DNA from: a virus | Virus record (IMG/VR): IMGVR_UViG_3300034072_001149 | Location: 64,001-128,000 of that record | Strand: one strand, 5' to 3' | DNA: 64,000 nt | Notes under the pieces: model-generated | Seen by the model: the letters and a program-made list of their open reading frames with translations, nothing else | Database searches by the model: none | Told to the model about the DNA's origin: nothing | Program-made: the position numbers and the translations under genes | In this document: positions 38,973 through 48,486 of the stretch, in pieces | How positions within the stretch are numbered: position 1 is the stretch's first letter | Layout: the number at the start of each line of letters is the position of its first letter

Positions 38973-40190
38973 TTAAGCCGCCAGGATCAGATCCTGATAC
39001 TTGTCCGAGAACTCGTCCCAGTTCTTCATGCCCGACGGGTCGAACTGGATCCGGAAGATTGCCAGCGCCGTGCGCGAGCCCATGATGACCATTTCCGACT
39101 GGAAGTTCTTCATCATGAAGCCCAGGAAGTTGTCCACGTTGGTCGAGAACTTCTTCTTGTCCTCGGCCTTGGCGCCCTTGGCGATCGACGCGTCATACCG
39201 GTCCTTGAGCTCATAGCACAGAGCAGTGGTCAGAGCATACATCAGCGAGATGTCAGCACCCTTCTTCAGCTCAGTGATCTTGCCCTCGAGGATGTCGCCA
39301 GCTGCGGGCAGATTCGCCGCATTCTTGCGATATTCCAGGAACTTGACCGCAATGCCGTCACCGACCGAGCCGGCGATCAGCGACATCTGGACCGTTTCCG
39401 GAATGTTGGGATCACCGCGCAGAATGTCGGAGACCATTTCCCAGGAACGCGGGGTGGGGAAGCCGCGCGACGCGCTGGTAGCCTCGAACTGGAACAGTTC
39501 GTGCTTGAAAGCGGTCAGGTAGCCAACCACCGCCTGGTGGAAGCCGGTCTGAAGTGCGAAGGTCTGGAAATCCTCGAAGTCCACGCGCATTTCAATGTGC
39601 GTGAAGCGATTCTGCAGAGGCGTGGGCATCTTGAACGTCGCGCCCTTGTCAGTCTCGCGGTTACCCGCCGCCATCACGATCACGTTGTCGGGGACCACGT
39701 ATTCGCCCAGGGCGCCATCGAGAACCAGCTGGTAGGAGCCGGCCTGTACCGACGGAGCAGCGTTGGGCAGTTCGTCCAGCAGGATAATCGCACCATCGTA
39801 CTGATGACCCATGTCGTCAGTGATCTGAGCCTTGCGCAGCGGAGTGCCATCTTCGGCAACAGCGCGCTTGGGCAGCATCTGCGGGATAGCCCATTCGACA
39901 TATGCGCGACCGGTCTGGTCGTCCTTGAAAGGAACCGGAATACCGCGAAGGTCGGTGGGTTCCATCTGCGTCAGTCGGATATCGATGAGCTTGAAGTTCA
40001 GTTCGTCAGCGACCTGCTCGACGACCGAAGACTTGGCAATGCCAGGTGCGCCCCAGATAAACAGACCACGACGCTTCTTGCCGCGTTCTGCGTTCTCGAG
40101 GTTGACCTTCACCATATGCTTGATAGCAATCGCAGCCTCCGACGGCTTGACCGTCAGTGTGTCGATGCGCGTTGAACCCTTCTTGGACAT
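38973..40190 (-). CDS. MoxR/dynein-like AAA+ ATPase
   Basis: Walker A GAPGIAKS, DLRGIP, Walker B ILLDE, AAGNR, NRF and TPRSW; AGGAG SD at ATG 40190. Confidence 0.9.
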   Translation of the reverse strand: MSKKGSTRIDTLTVKPSEAAIAIKHMVKVNLENAERGKKRRGLFIWGAPGIAKSSVVEQVADELNFKLIDIRLTQMEPTDLRGIPVPFKDDQTGRAYVEWAIPQMLPKRAVAEDGTPLRKAQITDDMGHQYDGAIILLDELPNAAPSVQAGSYQLVLDGALGEYVVPDNVIVMAAGNRETDKGATFKMPTPLQNRFTHIEMRVDFEDFQTFALQTGFHQAVVGYLTAFKHELFQFEATSASRGFPTPRSWEMVSDILRGDPNIPETVQMSLIAGSVGDGIAVKFLEYRKNAANLPAAGDILEGKITELKKGADISLMYALTTALCYELKDRYDASIAKGAKAEDKKKFSTNVDNFLGFMMKNFQSEMVIMGSRTALAIFRIQFDPSGMKNWDEFSDKYQDLILAA

Positions 40191-40373
40191 TTTAACTCCT
40201 GTTGTTTGGCCTAACGGTTTGCTGTAAACCTTCACCATTACTAGCGTCAATGAAAGAGGTGTCAACCAACTTTTTTCCACTAGGTGAAGATTTCTGCCCT
40301 CCGCCGTGTTTCAGCTGTTAACTGACAGGTAAAGGTTACGCAATAAAGAATTTTATCAAAGGTGAATTTTTCT

Positions 40374-40772
40374 TCAGCCTGAAAACGCATCAAGGAGAAT
40401 ATCAAGATCTCCTACGAGTTTGGCTCGCATGGCCAGGTCGGCCTCAAAGAATGTGACGGTTATAGGAAGATAGTTGTTGGCATGCCATGGCATACTACAA
40501 TGGCGGTCTAGATAAAGAACGTGCCTGCTTGAGAATGTTTGTTGGTCAGGGAATACCACTTCAAACTTTTTGAAAAAGCTTGTCATAATAGCCAGTCCAC
40601 CCTGACTCAACCGAAGACCATGTTTGGAATCCTCGTTACCACCTCGTAAATTACTGAACATCATACGGATTAGTTCATCATCCGTCATGTTGGTAATTTC
40701 ACTAACGTGCTTGACCGGATTGACTTCATAAGCCTTTCGTATAGCACCTACTATGAGATAGTGGATACTCAT
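40374..40772 (-). CDS. Hypothetical protein
   Basis: GLRLS..G, LYLDR..PW and FFEADLAMRAKL; ATGA overlap. Confidence 0.65.
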   Translation of the reverse strand: MSIHYLIVGAIRKAYEVNPVKHVSEITNMTDDELIRMMFSNLRGGNEDSKHGLRLSQGGLAIMTSFFKKFEVVFPDQQTFSSRHVLYLDRHCSMPWHANNYLPITVTFFEADLAMRAKLVGDLDILLDAFSG

Positions 40773-41056
40773 TCAGAAATAGGCTTACCGCCAGTCAGTT
40801 CATAAACTTTGAATTTGTCAGTTTTGAAAAGCTTGTTGAGCTTTTCAGCGAGATTGAAAGCATGACCTGGATTGCTGAAACTGACCTTTTTGTATTTTGG
40901 ACCAGGGTAGTTTACTAAACTGTTGATCGATCTCAGATTGATCGGTTTCCCTTCATAGAACACGGCATAGATGGCTTCAGCCTCTAGAACCTGTTCGGCT
41001 TTGAAGGTCTTTGGATCAGTATAATCCAACAGAACTCTTGGTTTTGGCCTAGACAT
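40769..41056 (-). CDS. Conserved-looking phage protein
   Basis: MSRPKP...PGPKYKKVSFSNPGHAFNLAEKLN; GAGG SD; late-promoter motif upstream. Confidence 0.7.
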   Translation of the reverse strand: MSRPKPRVLLDYTDPKTFKAEQVLEAEAIYAVFYEGKPINLRSINSLVNYPGPKYKKVSFSNPGHAFNLAEKLNKLFKTDKFKVYELTGGKPISE

Positions 41057-41149
41057 TAGCGACCTCTCTATTAAGCACATGGTTATTTATCCAACTTGAC
41101 ACCTAGTGAATTGCTGTTAAATGGATACAAAAGCAGAGAGAATCCCCCT

Positions 41150-41683
41150 ATGAGCACAATTGGTCTTTATGCAGGTTCATTTGATCCAATGACTCGTGGG
41201 CATCTAGATATCCTGAGTAAAGCAATCCAGACTTTTGATACTGTCCATGTGGCAATTGGACGCAACGTCAATAAGTCTGGATTCCTGTCAGTTGATAAAC
41301 GGCTAGAGATCATGAAGCTCGCAGTTGATGAATGGGAAAATCCAATTCTCAAACTGGCGGCCCAGACCGGAAAATTGAAATTTGGCGAATATGCTGGAAT
41401 CAGCATAATAGCTTATGCCAAACTGATCGGCGCCACTCATATTGTTCGAGGCCTAAGACAGGCCGGCGACTTCAATGATGAATTTGCCCTAACGGGCATT
41501 GCCGCTTATCTGAATGACAATATCATCTTTACTCATTTCATTGGTAAAGAAAAATATCTCCACGTTTCAAGCAGTACTGCTAGAGAACTTGCTAGTCTGG
41601 GGGAAGATATCAGCTGGCTTGTCACTCCTAGTGTTGAAAAGGCTCTAGAAGATGAATTTGCTCGTCGACAAGCCAGGACCTGA
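41150..41683 (+). CDS. coaD: Phosphopantetheine adenylyltransferase
   Basis: YAGSFDPMTRGHLDI, IVRGLR..DF..E and VSSS..RE. Confidence 0.9.
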   Translation: MSTIGLYAGSFDPMTRGHLDILSKAIQTFDTVHVAIGRNVNKSGFLSVDKRLEIMKLAVDEWENPILKLAAQTGKLKFGEYAGISIIAYAKLIGATHIVRGLRQAGDFNDEFALTGIAAYLNDNIIFTHFIGKEKYLHVSSSTARELASLGEDISWLVTPSVEKALEDEFARRQART

Positions 41684-41803
41684 TACGTGGAAAGATTAGC
41701 TCTCATCGTCGTTACGCTGTTTTTGCTTCTGACTATCTGTTCAGCTATCTATCTACAAATTAATCACCAGAATAATTTGAGTCCTGCTGCTAGGATCTCT
41801 CTT

Positions 41804-42085
41804 TTATTCATGACGGTTTTGATGTGTCTGATCTACTATAGCACTAGCAGCCGTCTGCTCACGCTGGTTGATTAATGACACTTGTTCCTGTCGGGTGATT
41901 TCACCAAACCACTTTCGTGGATTTCCGCAACAAAAGTTAGAACATGGACACGGCGTCGTTGCTGATTTTCGGATCCATTCCGTGGAATCAGCTTTATGTC
42001 CAGACCATCCCACAATACTCGAACGGCGTTTCGCACGAGCAATAGCGCGCTCACGTTGAGCACGTCTCCAAGACCTATTTCGCAT
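41804..42085 (-). CDS. Small Arg-rich protein with Cys cluster
   Basis: GGAGG SD; PCPCSNFCCGNPRK..GE.TRQE. Confidence 0.65.
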   Translation of the reverse strand: MRNRSWRRAQRERAIARAKRRSSIVGWSGHKADSTEWIRKSATTPCPCSNFCCGNPRKWFGEITRQEQVSLINQREQTAASAIVDQTHQNRHE

Positions 42086-42089
42086 GTTA

Positions 42090-42167
42090 ACCTCCACACG
42101 CCTAGGCCCCAGCGTTGATTCGCCGGGGTCAGAGCGTGTTGGGAGGTCGAAGTCTCTGGATCTTCAT
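42090..42167 (-). promoter_or_regulatory. Leader peptide MKIQRLRPPNTL (42167-42129) with SD-sequestering hairpin
   Basis: Nested pairings ACCTCC/GGAGGT, ACACGC/GCGTGT and CCCCGGCG/CGCTGGGG. Confidence 0.65.
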
Positions 42168-42172
42168 ATTGA

Positions 42173-43045
42173 CTACTTAGTTGAAACTTCAAATTGAGTC
42201 AAGGTAAAGGGCGGATTTTCGCCTGGATACCCTCTGGCATTGTTGGCATACACCACCCCGTTGATTTCTCGCATCTGGCGATAGTGAGTATGTCCATAGA
42301 TCCATAAGCCAATTTTGCGGTTGGTATCAGCTTGGATTACCTGATCCAAGGCAGTGTTGACATAACTGGGTGTAAGGGTATTCCAAACGATATCTCCCAC
42401 TTTCCATTCCATGATATCAGCCCTAGGGCTCATATGCGTGGTGACTACAATGGATTGGATGGAGTCATCCTCACTGGCAATTTTTACTTGATCCGCAAGA
42501 TTTATAGCCTGGGAGGCGGCAAAGCTTTCAACAGTGGTGCCATTGAAGTCTAGAAAACGAGAATCATTGGAATATTGATTCCAAGCCCGTTTTGCGGTGA
42601 AATCACTGATACCTTGGTCTTCATAGGCCTTGAAGTCATACCAGCCAGTACCGCCAAAGAATGCGACGCCGTCAACAACCAGACTTGTGTTGGGTGTTAA
42701 ATGATAGACATTATCCAAATGACTCAAGAGACTGGTTAGTAGATCCATCCCTTTTTCAACCGGCATGTCATTGTCATAGTGATCGTGATTTCCCTCAACG
42801 ACGACCACATACTCATATTCAGCTGCCGCTGCTTCTACTACCTGGCTGGTGGTAATGAGATTGTTGGATATATCGCCAGCAATCACCAGAACACGACTGT
42901 CAGGGTTTTTGTATTCCTTCCAGTCAATATAAAGAAACAAAGATTTATGAGGTTCACCAGTCCACCGGCGGCGATTTGGATCGTGGAGTTGAGTTCTATT
43001 ATGCCAAGCATCCACATGGAGGTCTGAACAGAAATCGATTTTCAT
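42173..43045 (-). CDS. Calcineurin-like metallophosphoesterase
   Basis: SDLH, AGDI, GNHD, TH and GHTH; ends in TAG. Confidence 0.88.
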   Translation of the reverse strand: MKIDFCSDLHVDAWHNRTQLHDPNRRRWTGEPHKSLFLYIDWKEYKNPDSRVLVIAGDISNNLITTSQVVEAAAAEYEYVVVVEGNHDHYDNDMPVEKGMDLLTSLLSHLDNVYHLTPNTSLVVDGVAFFGGTGWYDFKAYEDQGISDFTAKRAWNQYSNDSRFLDFNGTTVESFAASQAINLADQVKIASEDDSIQSIVVTTHMSPRADIMEWKVGDIVWNTLTPSYVNTALDQVIQADTNRKIGLWIYGHTHYRQMREINGVVYANNARGYPGENPPFTLTQFEVSTK

Positions 43046-43260
43046 TTAAAGGAACCTCCTCCAATCACTATTTCGGTGACTGATTTGGCTTTTGTGAGTT
43101 CATTGATTTCATTCAGAAGTTCATTTTCTCGAACAATCATAAGAGATAGTTCGTTGGAAAGATCTTGTGCCTGTTCCATGGTCATAGAAAAAGCCACACT
43201 TCTTGAGCGGCTCTTCTGACGAACTGAATCAATAAAACGTCTGATTACCTGATAGTTCAT
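43042..43260 (-). CDS. Hypothetical protein
   Basis: ATGA overlaps on both sides. Confidence 0.6.
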   Translation of the reverse strand: MNYQVIRRFIDSVRQKSRSRSVAFSMTMEQAQDLSNELSLMIVRENELLNEINELTKAKSVTEIVIGGGSFK

Positions 43261-43724
43261 TGGTCTTGGCCCATTGACAGATTCGCCTGAGTGTTCAGCA
43301 TACTGATGTGGTTGCTGAGTTCCAGCTTGTTACGGAACGGACCAACTGACTCATATTGCTTAGTGGTGCTTTCCTTTGGACAATAGGCAATTGTCCAACC
43401 GTTTGGAAATTTGAGCCCCCAATAACCGGCAGCGAATATCATTCTACCGCCAGTCGTGTATAGAGGTGGCTTTTCGCTTTGGATTACGATATGTTCATGT
43501 TTGACAGGATAGCCATTGATCTGGCTAACTTCATTGTCCTCTTGTCGCTGCTCAATAGACAGCTTGCCGAACTTCTTTTCTACCGCCTGGTAGTCTTCAA
43601 ATTCAAGTCGATGGGCTGGACTCATAAAGAGATAGCCTTCATCAGTCTTGAACAACAGACCCGAGGTTCCAGAAGTCGTACGAATAATCCAGCTATTGCT
43701 GGTGAGTTGGAGCATTTTGCTCAT
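43257..43724 (-). CDS. Hypothetical protein
   Basis: GGAGG SD; PLYT...FAAGYW...CPK...GPF. Confidence 0.65.
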   Translation of the reverse strand: MSKMLQLTSNSWIIRTTSGTSGLLFKTDEGYLFMSPAHRLEFEDYQAVEKKFGKLSIEQRQEDNEVSQINGYPVKHEHIVIQSEKPPLYTTGGRMIFAAGYWGLKFPNGWTIAYCPKESTTKQYESVGPFRNKLELSNHISMLNTQANLSMGQDQ

Positions 43725-43782
43725 TGAGTCCTCCAGTTGTTATATCTACCCTAGCAGATACAGTAACCAGAGTTCAATAATT

Positions 43783-44109
43783 TCAACGGTTCAAAGTGGG
43801 AGGAATGTCTTGGCCAGTAGCAGCATACGCCGCATGGAATAGAGCTCTAGTTTGATCTCGTTCAGTCTTGGTATCAAGAACTCGCCGCACAATAAGAGCA
43901 CATTGTACAAAACCAATCCAGCGACCAGTCTTATCCACAGGGTTCAGATGATTGCGTTCTAACCCTGTTTCCATGAGCCACAAAATGTTATCGTAATCAG
44001 CCTCTTCAACTAATGGCATGTCCCTGATAACCTGCTCGTTAGCTAGGATTAGATCCCTCAGATTTACCATGACTTGTGCTTGGGCATCCCGCACCGGTTG
44101 AAGATTCAC
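43783..44109 (-). CDS. Hypothetical protein
   Basis: DKTGRWIGFVQ...ERDQTR; ATGA-type overlap. Confidence 0.6.
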   Translation of the reverse strand: MNLQPVRDAQAQVMVNLRDLILANEQVIRDMPLVEEADYDNILWLMETGLERNHLNPVDKTGRWIGFVQCALIVRRVLDTKTERDQTRALFHAAYAATGQDIPPTLNR

Positions 44110-44537
44110 GGCATCTCACTGGGGTTCTGAGGGCGATAGTAGCGACCAGATGATTTGCTATCAAGGCGATGTTCGTCGTTTTTATCATTGGCCCAGGCGC
44201 TTACGATAAAACCTTCACGAGCCAAAACATACGAGTAATCGTATTCTTCACTCAAATTATGAACCCTGATGAGCATCTTCTGAATCTTGTTCAGAGACAC
44301 TCCGGACTCATTAATCTGCTCATAGATCTCAACGAGAGTATTGTTGGGATGAAAAATTTCTTCCCTTGAGGGAAGAGGGATGATGCCACGACGATCTTCC
44401 ATAAGCTGCTCAGCAGCATGGAAAGTAACATCTACCTCCTTGATTTGGCCGATAAATTCGGCACACATTTCACCAACGTTTTCAGGGAAGAAAATCTTAT
44501 TATGATAACAACGAAGATTTATGCGCGGCTTTGCCAT
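44106..44537 (-). CDS. Hypothetical protein
   Basis: FHAAEQL...SAWANDKNDEH; start taken at MAKPR. Confidence 0.6.
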   Translation of the reverse strand: MAKPRINLRCYHNKIFFPENVGEMCAEFIGQIKEVDVTFHAAEQLMEDRRGIIPLPSREEIFHPNNTLVEIYEQINESGVSLNKIQKMLIRVHNLSEEYDYSYVLAREGFIVSAWANDKNDEHRLDSKSSGRYYRPQNPSEMP

Positions 44538-44541
44538 AGGA

Positions 44542-45108
44542 TTAGGCGATCTCCTTGAGCAGCTGAGTGACCTTTTGGCGTTCACAAAGCTTGCGATTTT
44601 TAAACCGACCGTCATCTTCTGGCACAGCGAATGTCAGATACTCTTTTACAAGCGGATGAAGTCGATCTGGAGGTCCTGCATCTGCAGGCACCTCGAACTC
44701 CGCCATTGCGAGGTAGATGCCTTTTTGGTCTCGGAAAAAGTCAATTTCCCAAACACCTGACGTATTATTACATGGTAGGAGAAATCTAGTCTTTATAATT
44801 TTGTGGTCAGCTTCAGCCCAAGCTAATTCAAAATCTTCCTTACTGATCTCACTTTCAATTTCCAAGCATCCCGGCTGGTTTGTCAAGTCATGCTTGTATG
44901 TGAATATGCGCTCAGATTTGGGTTCCGCTAGAAGTTTACCTTGGTAAATTTGCCAGACTTTTAAGCGGATTCGTCCACCTTTGCTGAGGTATCCTTGTTG
45001 GATTTCAGCACGACCAGTAATCAGACCAGGCGTATCAATAGGATTCAACCTGGCCCAAAGTTCTTCAGCATCTCGAAGGACATACTTAAATTCACGTTCA
45101 ATAGGCAT
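44542..45108 (-). CDS. CYTH (triphosphate tunnel) domain protein
   Basis: IEREFKY (ExExK), IQQGYL, IIKTR, WEIDFF and AEFE. Confidence 0.85.
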   Translation of the reverse strand: MPIEREFKYVLRDAEELWARLNPIDTPGLITGRAEIQQGYLSKGGRIRLKVWQIYQGKLLAEPKSERIFTYKHDLTNQPGCLEIESEISKEDFELAWAEADHKIIKTRFLLPCNNTSGVWEIDFFRDQKGIYLAMAEFEVPADAGPPDRLHPLVKEYLTFAVPEDDGRFKNRKLCERQKVTQLLKEIA

Positions 45109-45180
45109 TTGCGTCCTCCGTCCCTGTCACTGTCATATGGGACCTGTAAAATCTTACGTCAATCCCTGTAACAGCACCTT

Positions 45181-46227
45181 TTATGAATTTGTGTAGGGTG
45201 CTTGGAGAAGCGCCGCATAATCATTGGGGTTCTTAGAAAGATTAACTAAGGCCATTTCTTCACAGAATTTCAGGAACCAAATTCCAACGCCAGTTTTCTT
45301 TGGTTGCTGAACTGCTTCAAGGATAACAGAATCAAGCAACTGTTTGATCTCTTCAGGCTGCTGACGGAGATCGATAAGGGTCTGATTGCGGCGATAGGCA
45401 TCTTGGACCTTGACGATATTGCCTTCATGGTCCTCCCATTCGTCATTCATAAACAAAGTCCAGTCATAGCCGCGACCAGCACGGTCTTCATAGGCTTCTT
45501 TGATACCTGGCTTCTTGGAAGAGCCGTTTTCACGAACGCCTGGCTTAGCTGACATGATGTTATCTGAGGCATCACCACGAATACACTTCTTGAAAAGTTC
45601 ATATTCTGGATCAGGTGGGCTGATTGGTTCGGTTATCTTCTTCTTGACTTCCCGAACTTTGCCGTTCTTTCCAAGGACCTTTTCCGTGATGGTCTTTTCC
45701 TTGACAGCAGGCTGGTCCTTTTCATCAAAAACAAAATCTTTGGTAATAGTCCACTGCTTGACGCCGTCGTAGATCTTCACGTTGTCGGCAAGTAGTTGGT
45801 AGAAGTCGCTATCGCCGGAAAAGATAACATGCTGATCTTCAGGATGTAGATCAATCCATCGCGCAATAAAATCATCAGCCTCACAGCCCGCAGATTCAAG
45901 AACTGTGACATTCGTGCGCTTGCGAAGAAACTCAATTAGATGCTTCATAGCATCAAAATACAGTTCGTCCTCTTCACGCTCGCTCTTGGTCTTGAGCGCA
46001 TCCTGAACCCTGCGATGAGCCTTATATTCAGGGTAGATTTCTCGACGCCAGGAATTTTTATCCAAAGCCACCACAATGTGATCAGCCCCAAACTTTCGCC
46101 AGATTTGACGAAGGCTATTAAAACAGATATGTAGAGCCATGCCTGCCTTAGTGGCGGCGTCCCCGGTGGTTACATGCTTACAGCGATGGAAAAGGTTAGA
46201 AGCGTCTACAATTGCGTAGGTTGCCAT
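45181..46227 (-). CDS. rnh: RNase H / 5'-3' flap exonuclease (T4 rnh-like)
   Basis: IVDASN, SWRREIYPEYKAHR, EADD, SGDSDF and GDASDNI. Confidence 0.9.
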   Translation of the reverse strand: MATYAIVDASNLFHRCKHVTTGDAATKAGMALHICFNSLRQIWRKFGADHIVVALDKNSWRREIYPEYKAHRRVQDALKTKSEREEDELYFDAMKHLIEFLRKRTNVTVLESAGCEADDFIARWIDLHPEDQHVIFSGDSDFYQLLADNVKIYDGVKQWTITKDFVFDEKDQPAVKEKTITEKVLGKNGKVREVKKKITEPISPPDPEYELFKKCIRGDASDNIMSAKPGVRENGSSKKPGIKEAYEDRAGRGYDWTLFMNDEWEDHEGNIVKVQDAYRRNQTLIDLRQQPEEIKQLLDSVILEAVQQPKKTGVGIWFLKFCEEMALVNLSKNPNDYAALLQAPYTNS

Positions 46228-46284
46228 GGTAATCTCCTGATTATCATGTATCCTAACACCAAGAACTTCTAAAAATCATTATTC

Positions 46285-47139
46285 TTAGCTGTATTCTGTC
46301 AACCCGTCATCACGCTTGGTTCGGCTAACTCCGGCCATTGGCATGGGATCAGAAGACCCATCATCAATATCTAGCGGATTGTCAATGTTGAGCATTTGAC
46401 GCATGGCCTCTTCAAACCACTTGTCTACGATTTCATCTGGTGTAACACCTGTCCAACCTTTGCTCTCTAGAAACTGAATAAAGTATTCGTTCCAATCTAG
46501 CTCAATGGCCATTTGGGTGTTTTCACCACGAATCATATGCTCAGCGCCAATGACATTGAACCATGGCTCACGAAGCAAAGTGGCAACTTCTTTGTCATGC
46601 TGATTTTCGGTAATATTACCGAATTTGAGTTCTAGACCCAACTGCGCTATCTTATAATCAATTGATGTCTTGTCATTGAACGACATATCCAGAAGCTCAT
46701 GCTCAGCTTCCTCTTCAGTCTTATGACCAAAACGTACGTCTAGTTTGAGCTTGTCACGTCTATATGATTCAGTATCCTTGACATCATATGAGAGTTCAAA
46801 AAGCTTGTATTCCAACTCCTCGGTTGAAATCTTACCGAACTTGTGGAGATATTTGGCCATCTCACGTTCGCGGTCAACTTCGGTTAGTTTCTCATCGTTT
46901 TCAATCAAACCTAGACCATAATCAAACTCACCAATCTTGTGATATCGATAATCTAGTTTGAGCTTTGCCGTGCGGTAAGATTTGGTTGATTTGTCTTCAT
47001 GGTCAATATCCAGGATACGATAAGCCAGATCTTCACCATCCCAATAGTATTCAGCTTCTGATACTGCCCTAATGGTCCCAGTGAGTCCCCAGTTGGCTGG
47101 CCACCAGCCAAAGGGAATGATGCGTTTGATCTTAGCCAT
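46285..47139 (-). CDS. Hypothetical protein with internal helical repeats
   Basis: Repeated Y..KLKLD.R...I unit; C-terminal EPW...ELDWNEYFI...IVDKWF. Confidence 0.65.
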   Translation of the reverse strand: MAKIKRIIPFGWWPANWGLTGTIRAVSEAEYYWDGEDLAYRILDIDHEDKSTKSYRTAKLKLDYRYHKIGEFDYGLGLIENDEKLTEVDREREMAKYLHKFGKISTEELEYKLFELSYDVKDTESYRRDKLKLDVRFGHKTEEEAEHELLDMSFNDKTSIDYKIAQLGLELKFGNITENQHDKEVATLLREPWFNVIGAEHMIRGENTQMAIELDWNEYFIQFLESKGWTGVTPDEIVDKWFEEAMRQMLNIDNPLDIDDGSSDPMPMAGVSRTKRDDGLTEYS

Positions 47140-47148
47140 AATAACCTC

Positions 47149-47679
47149 TTACTTTACTGGATTATTTAACCCAATAGTATTTAGAATCTGAGTGATGCGA
47201 TCAACCTCTGGGTTGTTGGTAACTCGGTGATAATCAATGGATTTAGCATCCAGAAAGTTTTTGATGGCATCATCCACTTCAATCGCTTGCTCAGCTGTTT
47301 GGTTTCTGCCAGTTGGTTGATAGGCAAAATCTCTACCAATCAAAAAGTTGTGATTCTCATAGGAATTCCAGACTTCCATGAGAAACATATCAAAGGTAGT
47401 AAAGTAGTCATCGGACTTGTAGATTAGACCCAAAGGAAGGGGACTATCGGTGATCACATACTCGACCTGATCCGCAAGTCTCTGAATCCTACGATTTTGC
47501 TTTGCTAAAATATACAACTGGTCATTCAAAACATTCTGTCTCTTTTCCCATGTCATATCTTTGGCATACTCAGTTACAAGTTCAACCTCTATCTGCTGCT
47601 TTTTCATTTCAAAGAAAAGTCCAGCAGCGGTAGTAGATTTACCAGCGCCTGGTCCGCCCCATATATTGATGACTTTCAT
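47149..47679 (-). CDS. P-loop kinase/ATPase (NadR/AAA_28-like)
   Basis: GGPGAGKST, TEYAKD, ITDSP and GRNQ. Confidence 0.8.
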   Translation of the reverse strand: MKVINIWGGPGAGKSTTAAGLFFEMKKQQIEVELVTEYAKDMTWEKRQNVLNDQLYILAKQNRRIQRLADQVEYVITDSPLPLGLIYKSDDYFTTFDMFLMEVWNSYENHNFLIGRDFAYQPTGRNQTAEQAIEVDDAIKNFLDAKSIDYHRVTNNPEVDRITQILNTIGLNNPVK

Positions 47680-47734
47680 AGTATGCCTCTCTAAAAGAAT
47701 ATGGGAGGAGTGATCACTCCTCCCATACTTTATA

Positions 47735-48001
47735 TCACTCAGGATCTGGAATTTCCGAAATCTCAGGAGTGAGATGGAACCAAGGCTGCTGAAGCCTGGT
47801 TTCCAGTGAGGCCATCTCGTCTAGAAAAACCTGCCTAGCAACCGGAGTTTCCGTCCCATAAACCTGGATTTCAAGACCTGCCTGCGAAGTCGCAAATAGT
47901 CTTCCAACCATGAGATCATTTGTCACATCCACTACGGTCGCATCCAGATAGTATCCGTCAATGAGATAAGACCTGATGCTTCTTCTGATTTCGCTAATCA
48001 T
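47735..48001 (-). CDS. Hypothetical protein
   Basis: TAATG overlap. Confidence 0.55.
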   Translation of the reverse strand: MISEIRRSIRSYLIDGYYLDATVVDVTNDLMVGRLFATSQAGLEIQVYGTETPVARQVFLDEMASLETRLQQPWFHLTPEISEIPDPE

Positions 48002-48267
48002 TACTTCACCTCACTAGGATCAAAGATCTGATGGCCAACGCCGGCCACGAAGATTCCAGTGGCTGTTGCGATTCGTTCTGCCTGGATGGCAGTAATCACT
48101 GGAGTCAACTCATATCGCTGACCCGACTTGGAAATAGCCACAACTCTCGCCGAAGAACGACGAATGTCAGGCAGGTTGATTACTCGGTCGGTAACAATGG
48201 CTTCTACCTCTTCTGCGAGGAGTTCGCCATTCATAGTCTTAATGGTGTTTGCCATTTTATTTTCCAA
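48001..48267 (-). CDS. Hypothetical protein
   Basis: Packed ORF; start probably at MANT. Confidence 0.55.
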   Translation of the reverse strand: MENKMANTIKTMNGELLAEEVEAIVTDRVINLPDIRRSSARVVAISKSGQRYELTPVITAIQAERIATATGIFVAGVGHQIFDPSEVK

Positions 48268-48486
48268 TCATGCTAAGAATTTGGTATACGGCGCCGTTGC
48301 TAGTTCTTCAAGAAAAGCGAGATAGTCATTTTCAGAATCAAACTCGAATTCTATTAGACCATCATGTCCGGTGACCGGGTTACGATAGTGAACTTTTGCC
48401 TCTACCTTTTCAAATACATTGAAAGAATGAGTGATTCTATGAATTTGAGAAACTAGTATGGTAAAATCATTAGTAACTAGAAACAT
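48268..48486 (-). CDS. Hypothetical protein
   Basis: Packed 72-aa ORF. Confidence 0.5.
   Translation of the reverse strand: MFLVTNDFTILVSQIHRITHSFNVFEKVEAKVHYRNPVTGHDGLIEFEFDSENDYLAFLEELATAPYTKFLA

Noticed and set aside
41687-41875. 62-aa hydrophobic ORF after coaD
   Set aside because: It might be a small membrane protein, but it overlaps the convergent gene by about 70 nt and has no supporting motif.
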